This document shows, piece by piece, positions 18,738-28,136 of a stretch of DNA of 64,000 bases (positions are counted from its first letter, which is position 1; each line of letters starts with the position of its first letter). The stretch covers positions 256,771-320,770 of the forward strand of contig CAVZGV010000003.1 in NCBI GenBank assembly GCA_963774955.1, written 5' to 3'. The stretch is from Candidatus Falkowbacteria bacterium (GTDB lineage: Bacteria > Patescibacteriota > Patescibacteriia > CAIXNZ01). Position numbers and translations under genes: made by a program. The notes under the pieces are model-generated. The model saw only the letters and a list, made by a program, of their open reading frames with translations, had not been told where the DNA came from and made no database searches.

Positions 18738-20501
18738 ATGCTTAAAAAGTGGGTTTTGAAAGAGCCGGTAAGTTTGGAATTGAAAAAACAGTTTCCGGAA
18801 ATGCCGGGTGTAATTTTGCAATTGCTGGTTAACCGAGGGTTAACGACTCAAAAGCAGATTGATGGTTTTTTAACCCCGGATTATGGTCAGGATGTGCTTG
18901 ACCCTTTTTTATTTCCGGACATGGATAAGGCAGTGGCCAGAATTTATCAGGCTGTGGCCAATAAAGAGAAAATTGCCATCCATGGTGATTATGACGCAGA
19001 TGGTGTTACCAGCAGTGCTTTGGTCGCTGATGTTTTGGGTAAGCTAGGCGCTGATTTTGAGGTTTATATTCCGCATCGGGAAAAAGAAGGTTATGGTCTT
19101 TTTGAGAAAACTATAAAATATTTTGTCAAACAAAAAATTAAGCTGATTATAACTGTTGATTGTGCGATCAGTAATTTTGCTGAAATCGAATTTGCCAATC
19201 AAAAGGGGATTGATGTGATTGTAACTGACCATCATGCTGAGCCAATGAAATTACCGCCGGCGTATGCGATTATTAATCCCAAAGTTAAATCATGTAATTA
19301 TCCATTTTATGATCTGGCCGGTGTGGGCGTGGCTTATAAACTTGCTCAAGCCATCATATCTAGAGACAAAAAGGGAATTTTTCCTGCGGGCTATGAAAAA
19401 TGGTTGCTTGATTTGGTGGCCATCGGCACAGTGACTGATGTCATGCCGTTATTGGGAGAAAATCGCACCTTGGTTAAATACGGCTTGATAGTTTTAAATA
19501 AAACGAAAAGAATCGGTTTAAAGCTTTTGGCGCAAAAATCCGGAATTTGGCCGGTAACTGAATCAGAATTAATGAATTCGGAGAATATTGGCTATGTTTT
19601 GGGCCCGCGTCTGAATGCTGCCGGTCGCATGGATCATGCCAATGGCGCTTATGAACTTTTAAAAACCGATGATCAGCTAGAAGCGGAAAAATTAGCTGAT
19701 GCTCTGGAAAAAAATAATAAAAAACGTCAGGGGGTGACTGAAAAAATAATGACAGATATTAAAAAAGAAGTTATAGATATTGATAAACAGCTGATAATTT
19801 TGTCTGAGGGCAATAATTGGCCACTGGGGATAATCGGTTTAGCTGCCGGTAAAATAAAAGACGAATATAATCGGCCGATATTGATCATCACAAAAACTTT
19901 GACTAAAATTGCGGGTTCCGGCCGCTCAATTCCAGAATTTAATATGATTGCGGCTTTGGATAAAGTCGCTGATTGTTTTAAGGTTTATGGTGGACATCCG
20001 GGCGCGGCCGGTTTTACCATGAAAAGCCGGAAATTTATTGCTGATTTTAAAAAACGAATTACTGAAATAGCTGAAAGTGAATTAAAGGGTCAGGATTTAT
20101 CACCGAAACTGGAAATTGAAGGCGAGCTGGATTTAAAGGATCTGACCTGGGAACTTTTTGAACAGATTGAAAAATTTGAGCCGTTTGGTACGGGTAACCC
20201 CAAGCCGGTATTTTTAGTTAAAAATTTACGGGTGGAAAATATCCGCACCGTCGGTAGCGACAATAAACATCTGAAATTGTTTCTCAAACATGACAATATG
20301 GTCAAAAGTTTTGAAGCCATTGGTTTTGGGATGGGGAATTTAATTAATGAGGTTAAATATGAGGATTTAGTGGATGTTGTTTGCGAGGTAAATTTGAATG
20401 AATTTAATGGAACTAGAAAGTTAGAGTTGAGGCTGGTAGATATAAAAAAGGTCAAAGAGGAAGATTTTGTTTCGACCTTAGACAAAAAAATAATAAAGTA
20501 G
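18738..20501 (+). CDS. recJ: Single-stranded-DNA exonuclease RecJ
   Basis: GDYDADG, ITVDC, TDHH, LAGVGVA, PRLNAAGR, GSGRS, GGH..AAG and EPFG.GNP motifs. Confidence 0.97.
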   Translation: MLKKWVLKEPVSLELKKQFPEMPGVILQLLVNRGLTTQKQIDGFLTPDYGQDVLDPFLFPDMDKAVARIYQAVANKEKIAIHGDYDADGVTSSALVADVLGKLGADFEVYIPHREKEGYGLFEKTIKYFVKQKIKLIITVDCAISNFAEIEFANQKGIDVIVTDHHAEPMKLPPAYAIINPKVKSCNYPFYDLAGVGVAYKLAQAIISRDKKGIFPAGYEKWLLDLVAIGTVTDVMPLLGENRTLVKYGLIVLNKTKRIGLKLLAQKSGIWPVTESELMNSENIGYVLGPRLNAAGRMDHANGAYELLKTDDQLEAEKLADALEKNNKKRQGVTEKIMTDIKKEVIDIDKQLIILSEGNNWPLGIIGLAAGKIKDEYNRPILIITKTLTKIAGSGRSIPEFNMIAALDKVADCFKVYGGHPGAAGFTMKSRKFIADFKKRITEIAESELKGQDLSPKLEIEGELDLKDLTWELFEQIEKFEPFGTGNPKPVFLVKNLRVENIRTVGSDNKHLKLFLKHDNMVKSFEAIGFGMGNLINEVKYEDLVDVVCEVNLNEFNGTRKLELRLVDIKKVKEEDFVSTLDKKIIK

Positions 20502-20580
20502 TTCGGAATCACAAAAAAAATTCACTAAAAACACGAAAATAGCTTTCGTGTTTTTTCGTGATAAAGATTTAGTGGTTCAG
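20502..20580. repeat. Empty copy of the cacgaaa/tttcgtg inverted-repeat element
   Basis: cactaaaaacacgaaa-atagc-tttcgtgttttttcgtg...tttagtggttc; same arms as flank the GxxExxY gene. Confidence 0.75.
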
Positions 20581-20632
20581 TTATCCTTGCAATTATAAAA
20601 CCCCGAGGAACAAGTCCGCGGGGCTTTGGTTT

Positions 20633-23134
20633 TTAATCCTCGTCAGGATCGCTGCCGACAAAGAAGGTGTGAAATTCTCGATCAACAATTTTTGCTCCTG
20701 ATTTGAGGTCACCGCCCATTGAATCCGAATATTCGAATTCGTTGAGTGACGGCGGTAATTCCAGACGCAGGGTTCTGGTTTTGATCTTGGACTTGGGTAG
20801 GACCTCTTTGAGCAGGTCTACCAGTTCCTGGTCCTTGACTGCAATCATTACCGGTAAATCATTATCCCTGCTGATTTTGCCGGCTTTGGCTATCAGCCAT
20901 TGCAGCATGCCGATGCCGATCTCCCTGGACCAGGCTTTGCAGTACGGCCTTTCCATCAAAAGCAGGGGAATGGTTTCCTTATCCGTGTGGCCGTATTCAA
21001 ACGGCAAGAGGCGCATAATGCTGCGGCCAATGATGTCAAAATGATTATTTCTGATCCACAGTACTCGTTTGTTGGCATCAACCACATAAGCCGCCAGGCA
21101 TTGATTATGACCAGTCCATTCGTGCCAGCGTTGACAGCTTTGAACAGGTAAAGTACCGACTTTCATCAGCTCATAAGGCTTATCACTGTCTTCAAAGGTC
21201 AGATGCGAGATAGCTGAAGTGTCAGTGCTATTGAGCAGCTCAATAATTTGCTGCGTCAATTCTTTGGCTTCGGACGTGCCCAGCTTCTGAGCAATTTGGG
21301 ATAAATGACGCTGGATGTCTTTGAGCATTGTAACCGTGATCGCATTGATTTTCAACAACTCGCAGATGATTTTGATCAGGCCATATTCTTTTTTGATCTG
21401 ACCGAGTCTGGCGCCAATTTGCTTACGCTCTTCGGGAGACAAATCAGTGCCTCTGAGTTTCTTAACAAGATCTTCGTTTTCAGCGTCAATATCTGAGGTG
21501 ACTGGCTTGCCCGTGTGTTTTTCCCAGAGTACAGCTAGTTGTCCGGCTAAACGTTGGATAGCGTTGAGGCGCTGCTGGAGCGCGTCTGTCAGTCCGACAA
21601 TCATGGCATGCCGATGATCATCTTTCCACGCTTTCGGATTTGACAAGAAGTTGATTTGTTTGCCACTTGTTTTGTTACTGTAGCGCCAATGGTCAAAATG
21701 CTTGGCCATGGCTTGTTTGAGTGTTTCTGAGGCCAGCTCGGCCCCGCGCTCATAGCCATTGGCTTTGCATAATGAGGCATAGGTAAAGCACATTTCCAGC
21801 AGACCGTTTCTAGCCACAAGCTGCCAGATGTTATCCTGGGTCAGCAGGTTTAATTCTTCATCACTAAGATTAAGAATCTTTTTGTACATGGCTTTGGTTC
21901 CGTTTTCAACTTGGTAAACCAGATCTTCCATGGAAGCGCAATCAGCCGGATAGTTTAGATCCGATCTGGAACGAAGGCTAAGCATCTCAATGGCTTGTAA
22001 GCCCCGCAATAATTCCTCGCAGGAATTGGCCAGACTGATGAAATGACACAGTGATTTTTCAGCCTGCCCGGCATAGCGGAAGATATTCAGACAGCGCCAC
22101 AGCAATCTCTTGTCATCGCGTGACTTCTGGAAATGCTTGTCCGTGGTCAGCTCTTCCAGCTTGGCAATGATCTCTCGGGCCTGAGGCATTTCAAACTGAT
22201 ATTTGGTCAGAATGAGAAAGCCCAGACTCAGGGGCAGATTTTTCAGCGCTTGCAGCAGTTCCAGCCGTTCTGGCTGCTCGAAACATTGTTGCCAATCGAG
22301 ACTGCTTAGTGGATAGTCTATCAGGCTGCCGGCTTTGTAGTGGATGTTTTGCAGGATGACGGTAATGGCAAAACAGAATTTATCAGCTGTGTTTAGACAG
22401 GCTTGGATATCTTCAAGTTGCATTTTGAGCTGATCAAAATCCTTGGCTGAATTCTTGGTTTCTTTGGCCAGGTACGCAAGCAGGGAAGTGACCTCAGTCA
22501 GGGATAATCTTTGCAGAAAAAACGGGACCAGCTCGATGATGGCCGCAATATCATTGCCGGCGCCATCTTGATGCAGGGTTAAGAGGCTCCAGAATGCGTT
22601 CTGATAGTCTCTTTCGTTTAGACAATCATCCGCTGTATGCTCGGATAATTTATTTTGGTACGATTGCCAAATTGAGGAAGGCAGAGCATTGGCATGAGCC
22701 ATGGCCAAACTTAATTTGATGACCAAAAGCTGCCAGCTTCTCCAGTTTAGATATGTATCTTCCAGACATGAATTTTGCGGGCAGTGATCTGTCAGGTTAA
22801 GTAATGCCTGGGCCAATTCTGGAAGGCGGACTTGGCTGCGCATTTTGGGGCTTAGATTACCGCGCGAAGAAAATTTCGGTTTGACTGCTTTGGCCGTACT
22901 TTCTTTGGCCAGAAACTGTTTCCAGTCCTCAAAGGCAGAAAAACCTTTATTCAGCAGTTTCTGGTATCTTTCCAGCTGAAAGATTTCATAAAGAGCTTCT
23001 TTGTTGCCGTCATTCAGCAACCCCAGCTGTATTCCCAAATTTTGAGCCAGCACAAGACGTTGTTCTAAGCGCTGTTCTAACCTTGCCTCTTGCCGTAATT
23101 CCGGCCGGCAACACATCATAAGACCTAGTGCCAT
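20633..23134 (-). CDS. Large hypothetical protein (orphan) with a C-terminal SCQ...GRSIMRLL...ERPY domain
   Basis: 833 aa ORF, GC-richer than neighbouring core genes; SD AGGAGG at 23140-23145; terminator at 20597-20634. Confidence 0.8.
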   Translation of the reverse strand: MALGLMMCCRPELRQEARLEQRLEQRLVLAQNLGIQLGLLNDGNKEALYEIFQLERYQKLLNKGFSAFEDWKQFLAKESTAKAVKPKFSSRGNLSPKMRSQVRLPELAQALLNLTDHCPQNSCLEDTYLNWRSWQLLVIKLSLAMAHANALPSSIWQSYQNKLSEHTADDCLNERDYQNAFWSLLTLHQDGAGNDIAAIIELVPFFLQRLSLTEVTSLLAYLAKETKNSAKDFDQLKMQLEDIQACLNTADKFCFAITVILQNIHYKAGSLIDYPLSSLDWQQCFEQPERLELLQALKNLPLSLGFLILTKYQFEMPQAREIIAKLEELTTDKHFQKSRDDKRLLWRCLNIFRYAGQAEKSLCHFISLANSCEELLRGLQAIEMLSLRSRSDLNYPADCASMEDLVYQVENGTKAMYKKILNLSDEELNLLTQDNIWQLVARNGLLEMCFTYASLCKANGYERGAELASETLKQAMAKHFDHWRYSNKTSGKQINFLSNPKAWKDDHRHAMIVGLTDALQQRLNAIQRLAGQLAVLWEKHTGKPVTSDIDAENEDLVKKLRGTDLSPEERKQIGARLGQIKKEYGLIKIICELLKINAITVTMLKDIQRHLSQIAQKLGTSEAKELTQQIIELLNSTDTSAISHLTFEDSDKPYELMKVGTLPVQSCQRWHEWTGHNQCLAAYVVDANKRVLWIRNNHFDIIGRSIMRLLPFEYGHTDKETIPLLLMERPYCKAWSREIGIGMLQWLIAKAGKISRDNDLPVMIAVKDQELVDLLKEVLPKSKIKTRTLRLELPPSLNEFEYSDSMGGDLKSGAKIVDREFHTFFVGSDPDED

Positions 23135-23160
23135 ATCGTCCTCCTATAAAGGGTTTTTAA

Positions 23161-23220
23161 TTTTCAAGGATCCAAGTCCCCTGAATAGAGAAATTTAGCA
23201 TGTAAATTTAAAAAAGTCAA
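23161..23220 (-). promoter_or_regulatory. sigma70-type promoter plus boxA-like element
   Basis: Minus strand: TTGACT (23215-23220), 17 bp, TGcTAAATT, then GATCCTTGAAAA (23161-23172). Confidence 0.65.
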
Positions 23221-23221
23221 T

Positions 23222-23300
23222 TGTAAGCTACAAATATACAAATAAATACAAATGACTACAAATTTGTAATAATTTGTAGCTGATTTGTATATTTGTAACA
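23222..23300. repeat. tacaaat/atttgta periodic palindrome
   Basis: Four tacaaat units followed by four atttgta units at 8-10 bp spacing. Confidence 0.8.
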
Positions 23301-23353
23301 GAATTAAAAAAGCCCCGCGTGGATTTGATCCATGGCGGGGTCTTTTGTTATTT

Positions 23354-23695
23354 CTAGGCTGCCTTGCTATCTTTGTTTTTTTCCATAGCCGGGAAAGGGA
23401 CAATCTCTGCAAATTCGATTGGCAGTAGGTTGTTGTCAATCCAGCTCTCGGAAAAGCCCTGGCTCTGCAACCAGCGCCGGCGATGGCCTTCATCTTGAAA
23501 GAGGAGCAGGTCATTGCCGTGGTTCAGATAGCGAGGAGCCATGCCCAGACGGAGCAGACCGTTGCAGAATGCTGATTTTATCCGCTGCGGATCAATTAAG
23601 CTCCGATGCGGATAACAGCTGATCTGAGTTTGACTGTCGACTACCTCCAGTTTTTCAACCTCGGAGGAGCAACGCGCAATTTCCCAAAATTCCAT
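23354..23695 (-). CDS. Hypothetical protein (113 aa, MEFWEIARCSS...)
   Basis: AAAGGAGG SD before the ATG at 23695; terminator at 23306-23347. Confidence 0.6.
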   Translation of the reverse strand: MEFWEIARCSSEVEKLEVVDSQTQISCYPHRSLIDPQRIKSAFCNGLLRLGMAPRYLNHGNDLLLFQDEGHRRRWLQSQGFSESWIDNNLLPIEFAEIVPFPAMEKNKDSKAA

Positions 23696-23708
23696 AATTG
23701 TCCTCCTT

Positions 23709-24017
23709 TTAGGCGGCTTGGGCCAGGCATTTGCCGGCGCACTGCACGCAGTATGGCTGGCAGGGAAGCTGGCCAGGCAGTTTGTCAAAGCCGTTTTGGA
23801 GAAAAAATTTTTCAATTTCCTCCATGCTTTTGCCGATGATGACTGGTTGGTTGTCCACTACTTCCAAGAAGATTCCGTCTCCGCAGATGCTTCTGGGAGT
23901 AATGTCATAGCGGACGTCTTTGGGTTTGTACAGCGGGTTGGTTGTCTGGTTCAAGATGGTAAACATCAGCCAGACTCCCAGATTACTGACGCGCAAAATC
24001 CTCTGGCTAATCGGCAT
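23709..24017 (-). CDS. Hypothetical Cys-rich protein (102 aa, MPISQRILRV...)
   Basis: AAGGAG SD before the ATG at 24017; ICGDG and PC.PYCVQCAGKC; appears co-transcribed with 23354..23695. Confidence 0.6.
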   Translation of the reverse strand: MPISQRILRVSNLGVWLMFTILNQTTNPLYKPKDVRYDITPRSICGDGIFLEVVDNQPVIIGKSMEEIEKFFLQNGFDKLPGQLPCQPYCVQCAGKCLAQAA

Positions 24018-24049
24018 GATTTTTCTCCTTGGTTCGGTAGGCTGTTTGG

Positions 24050-24127
24050 TTGACAAAGGCCAATATTTATGGTTAAATCTATTGATTCTGGATTTATTAT
24101 CATATCATATTTATTCAATTTTGTCAA
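24050..24127 (-). promoter_or_regulatory. sigma70-type promoter plus boxA-like element
   Basis: Minus strand: TTGACA (24122-24127), 17 bp, TGaTATGAT, later GGCCTTTGTCAA (24050-24061). Confidence 0.6.
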
Positions 24128-24237
24128 GGTTTAGTGCATTTCTTTGGATTAAATTGGCTAATTTTAGTCAATTATATAGTTAGTTGCTAATTTGGGGCAC
24201 AAGCATAGGTCATGAAAGCATTATTAGACTGTAAAAT

Positions 24238-24340
24238 TTGACAACTTTGTTTTATTTGTTTAAGATTGGAAATTGTTTTATCATAGAAGTAGAGGAGGAT
24301 AGGTTACGACGGAATTGCATCTTGATTGGACATTTAAAAT
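24238..24340 (+). promoter_or_regulatory. sigma70-type promoter plus boxA-like element
   Basis: TTGACA (24238-24243), 17 bp, TAAGAT (24261-24266); ggacatttaaaat at 24328-24340. Confidence 0.6.
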
Positions 24341-24347
24341 AATGAAG

Positions 24348-24375
24348 GCCCTCCTACACTAAAGCTTCGGAGGGC
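24348..24375. repeat. REP-like hairpin with TACRCYAARGCTTC loop
   Basis: gccctcc-tacactaaagcttc-ggagggc; related copy at 44201-44230. Confidence 0.65.
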
Positions 24376-24454
24376 AAAGGAGGTGAATTAGTCGCGGCAA
24401 AGGAAAGTGTTGGATGTTAACTCGAACCAGAAAATTCACGGCAAGGAGGCCAAA

Positions 24455-27274
24455 ATGAGCAACAAAAAAGGAGGTGCCAATAAGCGCCTCAAATTGCTCA
24501 AAACAAGGGCCAGACCAGCTTTGAACTTCCCAGAGCTGGTTGGGATAGCCAGACATAGCTCAACTCCAAATGAGGCTGCCAAAAAAGCCACTGAGGAATT
24601 GTGTTATGAGCTGGCTTATCTCGCTGCCGGCGATCGGGTTGAAGCCTTAAAACAAGTCAAAGTTCTGCAAAGCGCTGTTCATCAGCTGACTGTAATCAGA
24701 AGAGATTATGGTCGTGCAGAATTTGGCAAGTTTGTGGCTGCCAATTCCGTGTCGACGGCAGACTCTACCAGTCCACGCTTACTGAAAAATGTAAGCACGG
24801 ACCAGAGCAAACAAGGAGAAAAGGATATGAACAGAAAAAAAGGAACAGCGGTCAAGGTCGAGAAGCAGGAAACTAACGTCCAGCCGAGCATTCCGCTCAA
24901 GCACATTACGTATAATGTTGCTTTGAACGGCGCACATGCCCGGGTGCGTTCCATCCAGGAATTCACCAATGACGCTGATCATCCGGTGGAAGCGATTTAC
25001 GTTTTTCCACTGCCTGATGAAGCCAGTGTCACGGCATGTTCGATGAAGATCGGTCGCAAGACCATCAAGGCTGAACTCAAGGAACGAGAACTGGCGCGCA
25101 GGGAATATGACCAGGCGATCAGCTCCGGTCATCACGGCGCTTTGATGGAACAGGAACGGCCAAACATTTTCACCATGAACGTGGGCGGCATCGAACCGAA
25201 AGAAACCATCAAAGTGGAAATCACCTATGTGCAGCGTATTCATTGGCAGGACGGCGGCGGTCGCTTTCGCGTGCCTCTGGTCGTAGCGCCCAGGTTTATC
25301 CCCGGTGTTCCGACCGGCAAGCAGGCTGGTGGCTGGGCTCCGGATACTGACGAAGTGCCGGATGCTTCGCGCATCACTCCGAATGTGGCGCCTGAAGGCG
25401 TGCTTTATAACGCCAGCATCAATGTCTCGTTCGCACCAGGTTTCCGCTGCCAAATGACTTCACCGTCACACGACATGATCGTCAAGGACCAGACTGTGGC
25501 CAAAGACGCCAAGATCGAACTGAAAACCGGCGACATCCGGACTGACAGGGACTTCACTCTGGTTTACAAATCCTTGTCCAAACGGCCTGAAGTCGCGGTT
25601 TTCCAGAATGCGGGCAAGGACGAAAGTTTTTGCCTGGTCAACATTCTGCCTCCGGGTGATGTGGCGACTGTTCCCAGCGATGTGGTTTTCCTGCTCGACA
25701 TTTCCGGCAGCATGGACGGTCCCAAACTCGAGGGCCTGAAAGTCCTGGCCAAAAAAGTCCTGACCAAAATCAGGGACCAGAAGCTGGGACATCGGGTTTC
25801 CATCATTGCTTTTGAAAGCAGGCCGCATCTGATCGTGCCGCTGAGTGACATCTCTGATGTGCATTTGCAGGGTATTGATCGGCTTAGCGACACGGGTGGA
25901 ACCGAACTCGGACCGGCGCTGACAGCGGCTCATCAGCAATTGGGTGACAGTGGTCGTCCACGTATTATTTTCCTGATCAGTGACGGCCAGACCGAAAGCC
26001 TGAATTACCAGGGACACGGAGTTCGGATCATTGCGGCTGGCATCGACAGCGCAGTCAATGATTCCACGCTCAAACAGCTGGCGCAGAAGACCAACGGTAC
26101 CTATGTGAATTACTTCCCGGGCGAAGACTTTGACCGCGCAGCCAACAGCCTGATCGGCATGCTTTCCGGACCGGTTCTGCGTGAAGTCAAAGTGGACAGT
26201 CAGGCTGAAGTGGCCGGGCTGACCGATGTCTTTACCGGACGGCCGGCTTCCATTGCTCTGCGTTTTGACCAGGGTCTGCCTGCTGAAATAAAAATCAGCG
26301 GTCAGGATCCTTCGGGTCAGGAGCAGACTTGGAATTTCAAACCGGCCAGTGGCAAAGATTGCGACTTCGCTGCTCAGATCTGGGCGCGCGAGGCTATCCG
26401 TGAAACGCCGGACAAAACCAAACAGGTGCAAATCAGTTTGAAACACGGCGTCATCTGCAGCGGAACTTCTTTCGTGGCCATTTCCGAAAAGGAAGTGCCG
26501 GGTGAGAAACCGGTGCGGGTGGAGATCCCGGTGAACCTGCCCATGGGCTGGGTCTATGACAAGATCTTTGGCGGAGCCAGTTCTCACGTTAAGGGTCTGG
26601 GATTGAACAGTTCCAGAATCGGCGCTCCGATGGCGCTTCATGCCTTTGCACCTCCGTCTCGCAGCAGCTTTGGGCTTGTTGATGATGACTTTGGCAGCGG
26701 TCATGTTGACTCTTTCGAGTGCTGCTTCGAGGATTCGCCAGTCTACGGAGACGCAGAATGCATCGAGGAAGTTTGCGAGTGCTGCGGATGCGAAGACGAG
26801 GACGATGTGTCCGGTGGCGGACAGGAAATTTTGGACGACTTTGGATATGAGCGTTTCAACTTGGAATCACTTGATCTGGTTGACCGGCTGATCGCCATCA
26901 TGATCAACATCCAGCTGCCTGGTTATCCTTCTCAGAACGCCGAAGCCACTTTCATCGAGCTTGAACGCAACTTGACTGTCAAGGAAATCAAGTCCTGGAG
27001 CGATGAAAAACGGGCCATGGCACTGTACTTCGTGATGCGCCTGAGATCTTGTGGCCTCAAATTGGAAGACCCGAAGGTGATGGATGCTCTGGCTGTGCCG
27101 TCCAAAAATTCCAAAGAAGCGGACTGCTGGCAGTATCTCACGGCCAAGGAAATCGGACTCGGCACTCAGGGTGTTCCTGCTGTTCCAAATTCCATGGACG
27201 GCGCGGACTACATCATGTGGAAAATCAATCCGATCAATCCGCAGCCGACCGGTGACTGGTCGCTTGTTCCTTAA
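24455..27274 (+). CDS. VIT (vault protein inter-alpha-trypsin) plus von Willebrand factor A domain protein
   Basis: EAIYVFPLPDEASV and FTMNVG VIT motifs; FLLDISGSM MIDAS, GGTEL and ISDGQ; SD-preceded ATGs at 24455 and 24827; terminator at 27310-27345. Confidence 0.9.
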   Translation: MSNKKGGANKRLKLLKTRARPALNFPELVGIARHSSTPNEAAKKATEELCYELAYLAAGDRVEALKQVKVLQSAVHQLTVIRRDYGRAEFGKFVAANSVSTADSTSPRLLKNVSTDQSKQGEKDMNRKKGTAVKVEKQETNVQPSIPLKHITYNVALNGAHARVRSIQEFTNDADHPVEAIYVFPLPDEASVTACSMKIGRKTIKAELKERELARREYDQAISSGHHGALMEQERPNIFTMNVGGIEPKETIKVEITYVQRIHWQDGGGRFRVPLVVAPRFIPGVPTGKQAGGWAPDTDEVPDASRITPNVAPEGVLYNASINVSFAPGFRCQMTSPSHDMIVKDQTVAKDAKIELKTGDIRTDRDFTLVYKSLSKRPEVAVFQNAGKDESFCLVNILPPGDVATVPSDVVFLLDISGSMDGPKLEGLKVLAKKVLTKIRDQKLGHRVSIIAFESRPHLIVPLSDISDVHLQGIDRLSDTGGTELGPALTAAHQQLGDSGRPRIIFLISDGQTESLNYQGHGVRIIAAGIDSAVNDSTLKQLAQKTNGTYVNYFPGEDFDRAANSLIGMLSGPVLREVKVDSQAEVAGLTDVFTGRPASIALRFDQGLPAEIKISGQDPSGQEQTWNFKPASGKDCDFAAQIWAREAIRETPDKTKQVQISLKHGVICSGTSFVAISEKEVPGEKPVRVEIPVNLPMGWVYDKIFGGASSHVKGLGLNSSRIGAPMALHAFAPPSRSSFGLVDDDFGSGHVDSFECCFEDSPVYGDAECIEEVCECCGCEDEDDVSGGGQEILDDFGYERFNLESLDLVDRLIAIMINIQLPGYPSQNAEATFIELERNLTVKEIKSWSDEKRAMALYFVMRLRSCGLKLEDPKVMDALAVPSKNSKEADCWQYLTAKEIGLGTQGVPAVPNSMDGADYIMWKINPINPQPTGDWSLVP

Positions 27275-27584
27275 ACATCAACTCTAACCGTTAGCTGGCA
27301 ACAGTTAACGAGGGGCTTGTGGTGAAAACCGCAGGCCCCTTTTTTATTTGGTCAATAGTGTTGTGGTTAAGATGTCGGTTTTGTAATTGGTGTTTCGGGT
27401 AATGTTTTTTGTTACGTGAAATGAAATTTGTCTATGTTATCAACAGTTTTATAGTTTATGTTTTTAAAATATTATGCTATAATTTAAATAATAAATAATA
27501 TTTACTTTAGTTGAGATTGTCGCTTTGTCAGGGGGGTGAGGAAATATTCCAAGGGGATATTTTTTTAGTTATAAGGAGGGAAAG

Positions 27585-28067
27585 ATGGTTAGTAGTGAAA
27601 AGGATCGTCCTGACAGTAATTTGCCGGTTGAAAAACGGCAAGCTCCCAGAAAGGTTGTTCCAGCAAGCGAACGGTTTTCCGTTGTTTTGGGACAACCAGA
27701 TGGTACTTTTAAACCGCCTAGAGAAGTCAGCAGGAAAATACCGACTGAAGCTCTGAATGCAAGATTACTTGCGGCCCAAAATGCCAATTGCACCATAGTG
27801 GATATTTCAGAAATTGGTCTGCGCATTTGCCACAGCGTCAACTTGAATGAGGGCGAAACCGTCGGAATTTTTTTTCAGATTTTTTTAGGACTACCCAACG
27901 AAGAGAAAGGCATTACGTTGATCTGTCAGGTGATTTGGCATAAACCATGGAAAGCCGCTAAGGGCTTGGGCCATTTGACCGGCTTAAACATCATTCACAA
28001 TTCAGACGACGTAAGCTACAAGCAATTTGTAGCCAGCCTACCAACTTTAGCACAAGCCCGCGCCTAG
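27585..28067 (+). CDS. PilZ domain protein
   Basis: RQAPR (RxxxR) and DISEIG (DxSxxG) c-di-GMP motifs; CQVIW...TGL C-terminal strands; SD and terminator (28054-28082). Confidence 0.8.
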   Translation: MVSSEKDRPDSNLPVEKRQAPRKVVPASERFSVVLGQPDGTFKPPREVSRKIPTEALNARLLAAQNANCTIVDISEIGLRICHSVNLNEGETVGIFFQIFLGLPNEEKGITLICQVIWHKPWKAAKGLGHLTGLNIIHNSDDVSYKQFVASLPTLAQARA

Positions 28068-28136
28068 CGCGGGCTTTTTTTATTGTTAAAAAAATGTTAT
28101 TATTAAATTAATTTTTAGGAATTAGAGATTATATAT

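Noticed and set aside
23222-23300. Possible mini CRISPR array
   Set aside because: Units are 7 bp with 1-3 bp gaps and switch orientation midway; no spacers and no cas genes
24779-26704. Long minus-strand ORFs (224 and 412 aa)
   Set aside because: Antisense to the GC-rich VIT-vWA gene; expected from its codon bias; no motifs or SD
27275-27585. Possible ncRNA/tRNA in the 300-bp gap after VIT-vWA
   Set aside because: Only two adjacent hairpins (the second a terminator) and AT-rich promoter sequence; no cloverleaf or riboswitch consensus recognised
20633-28067. Prophage or integrative element
   Set aside because: No integrase, terminase, structural genes or flanking att-like direct repeats were recognised
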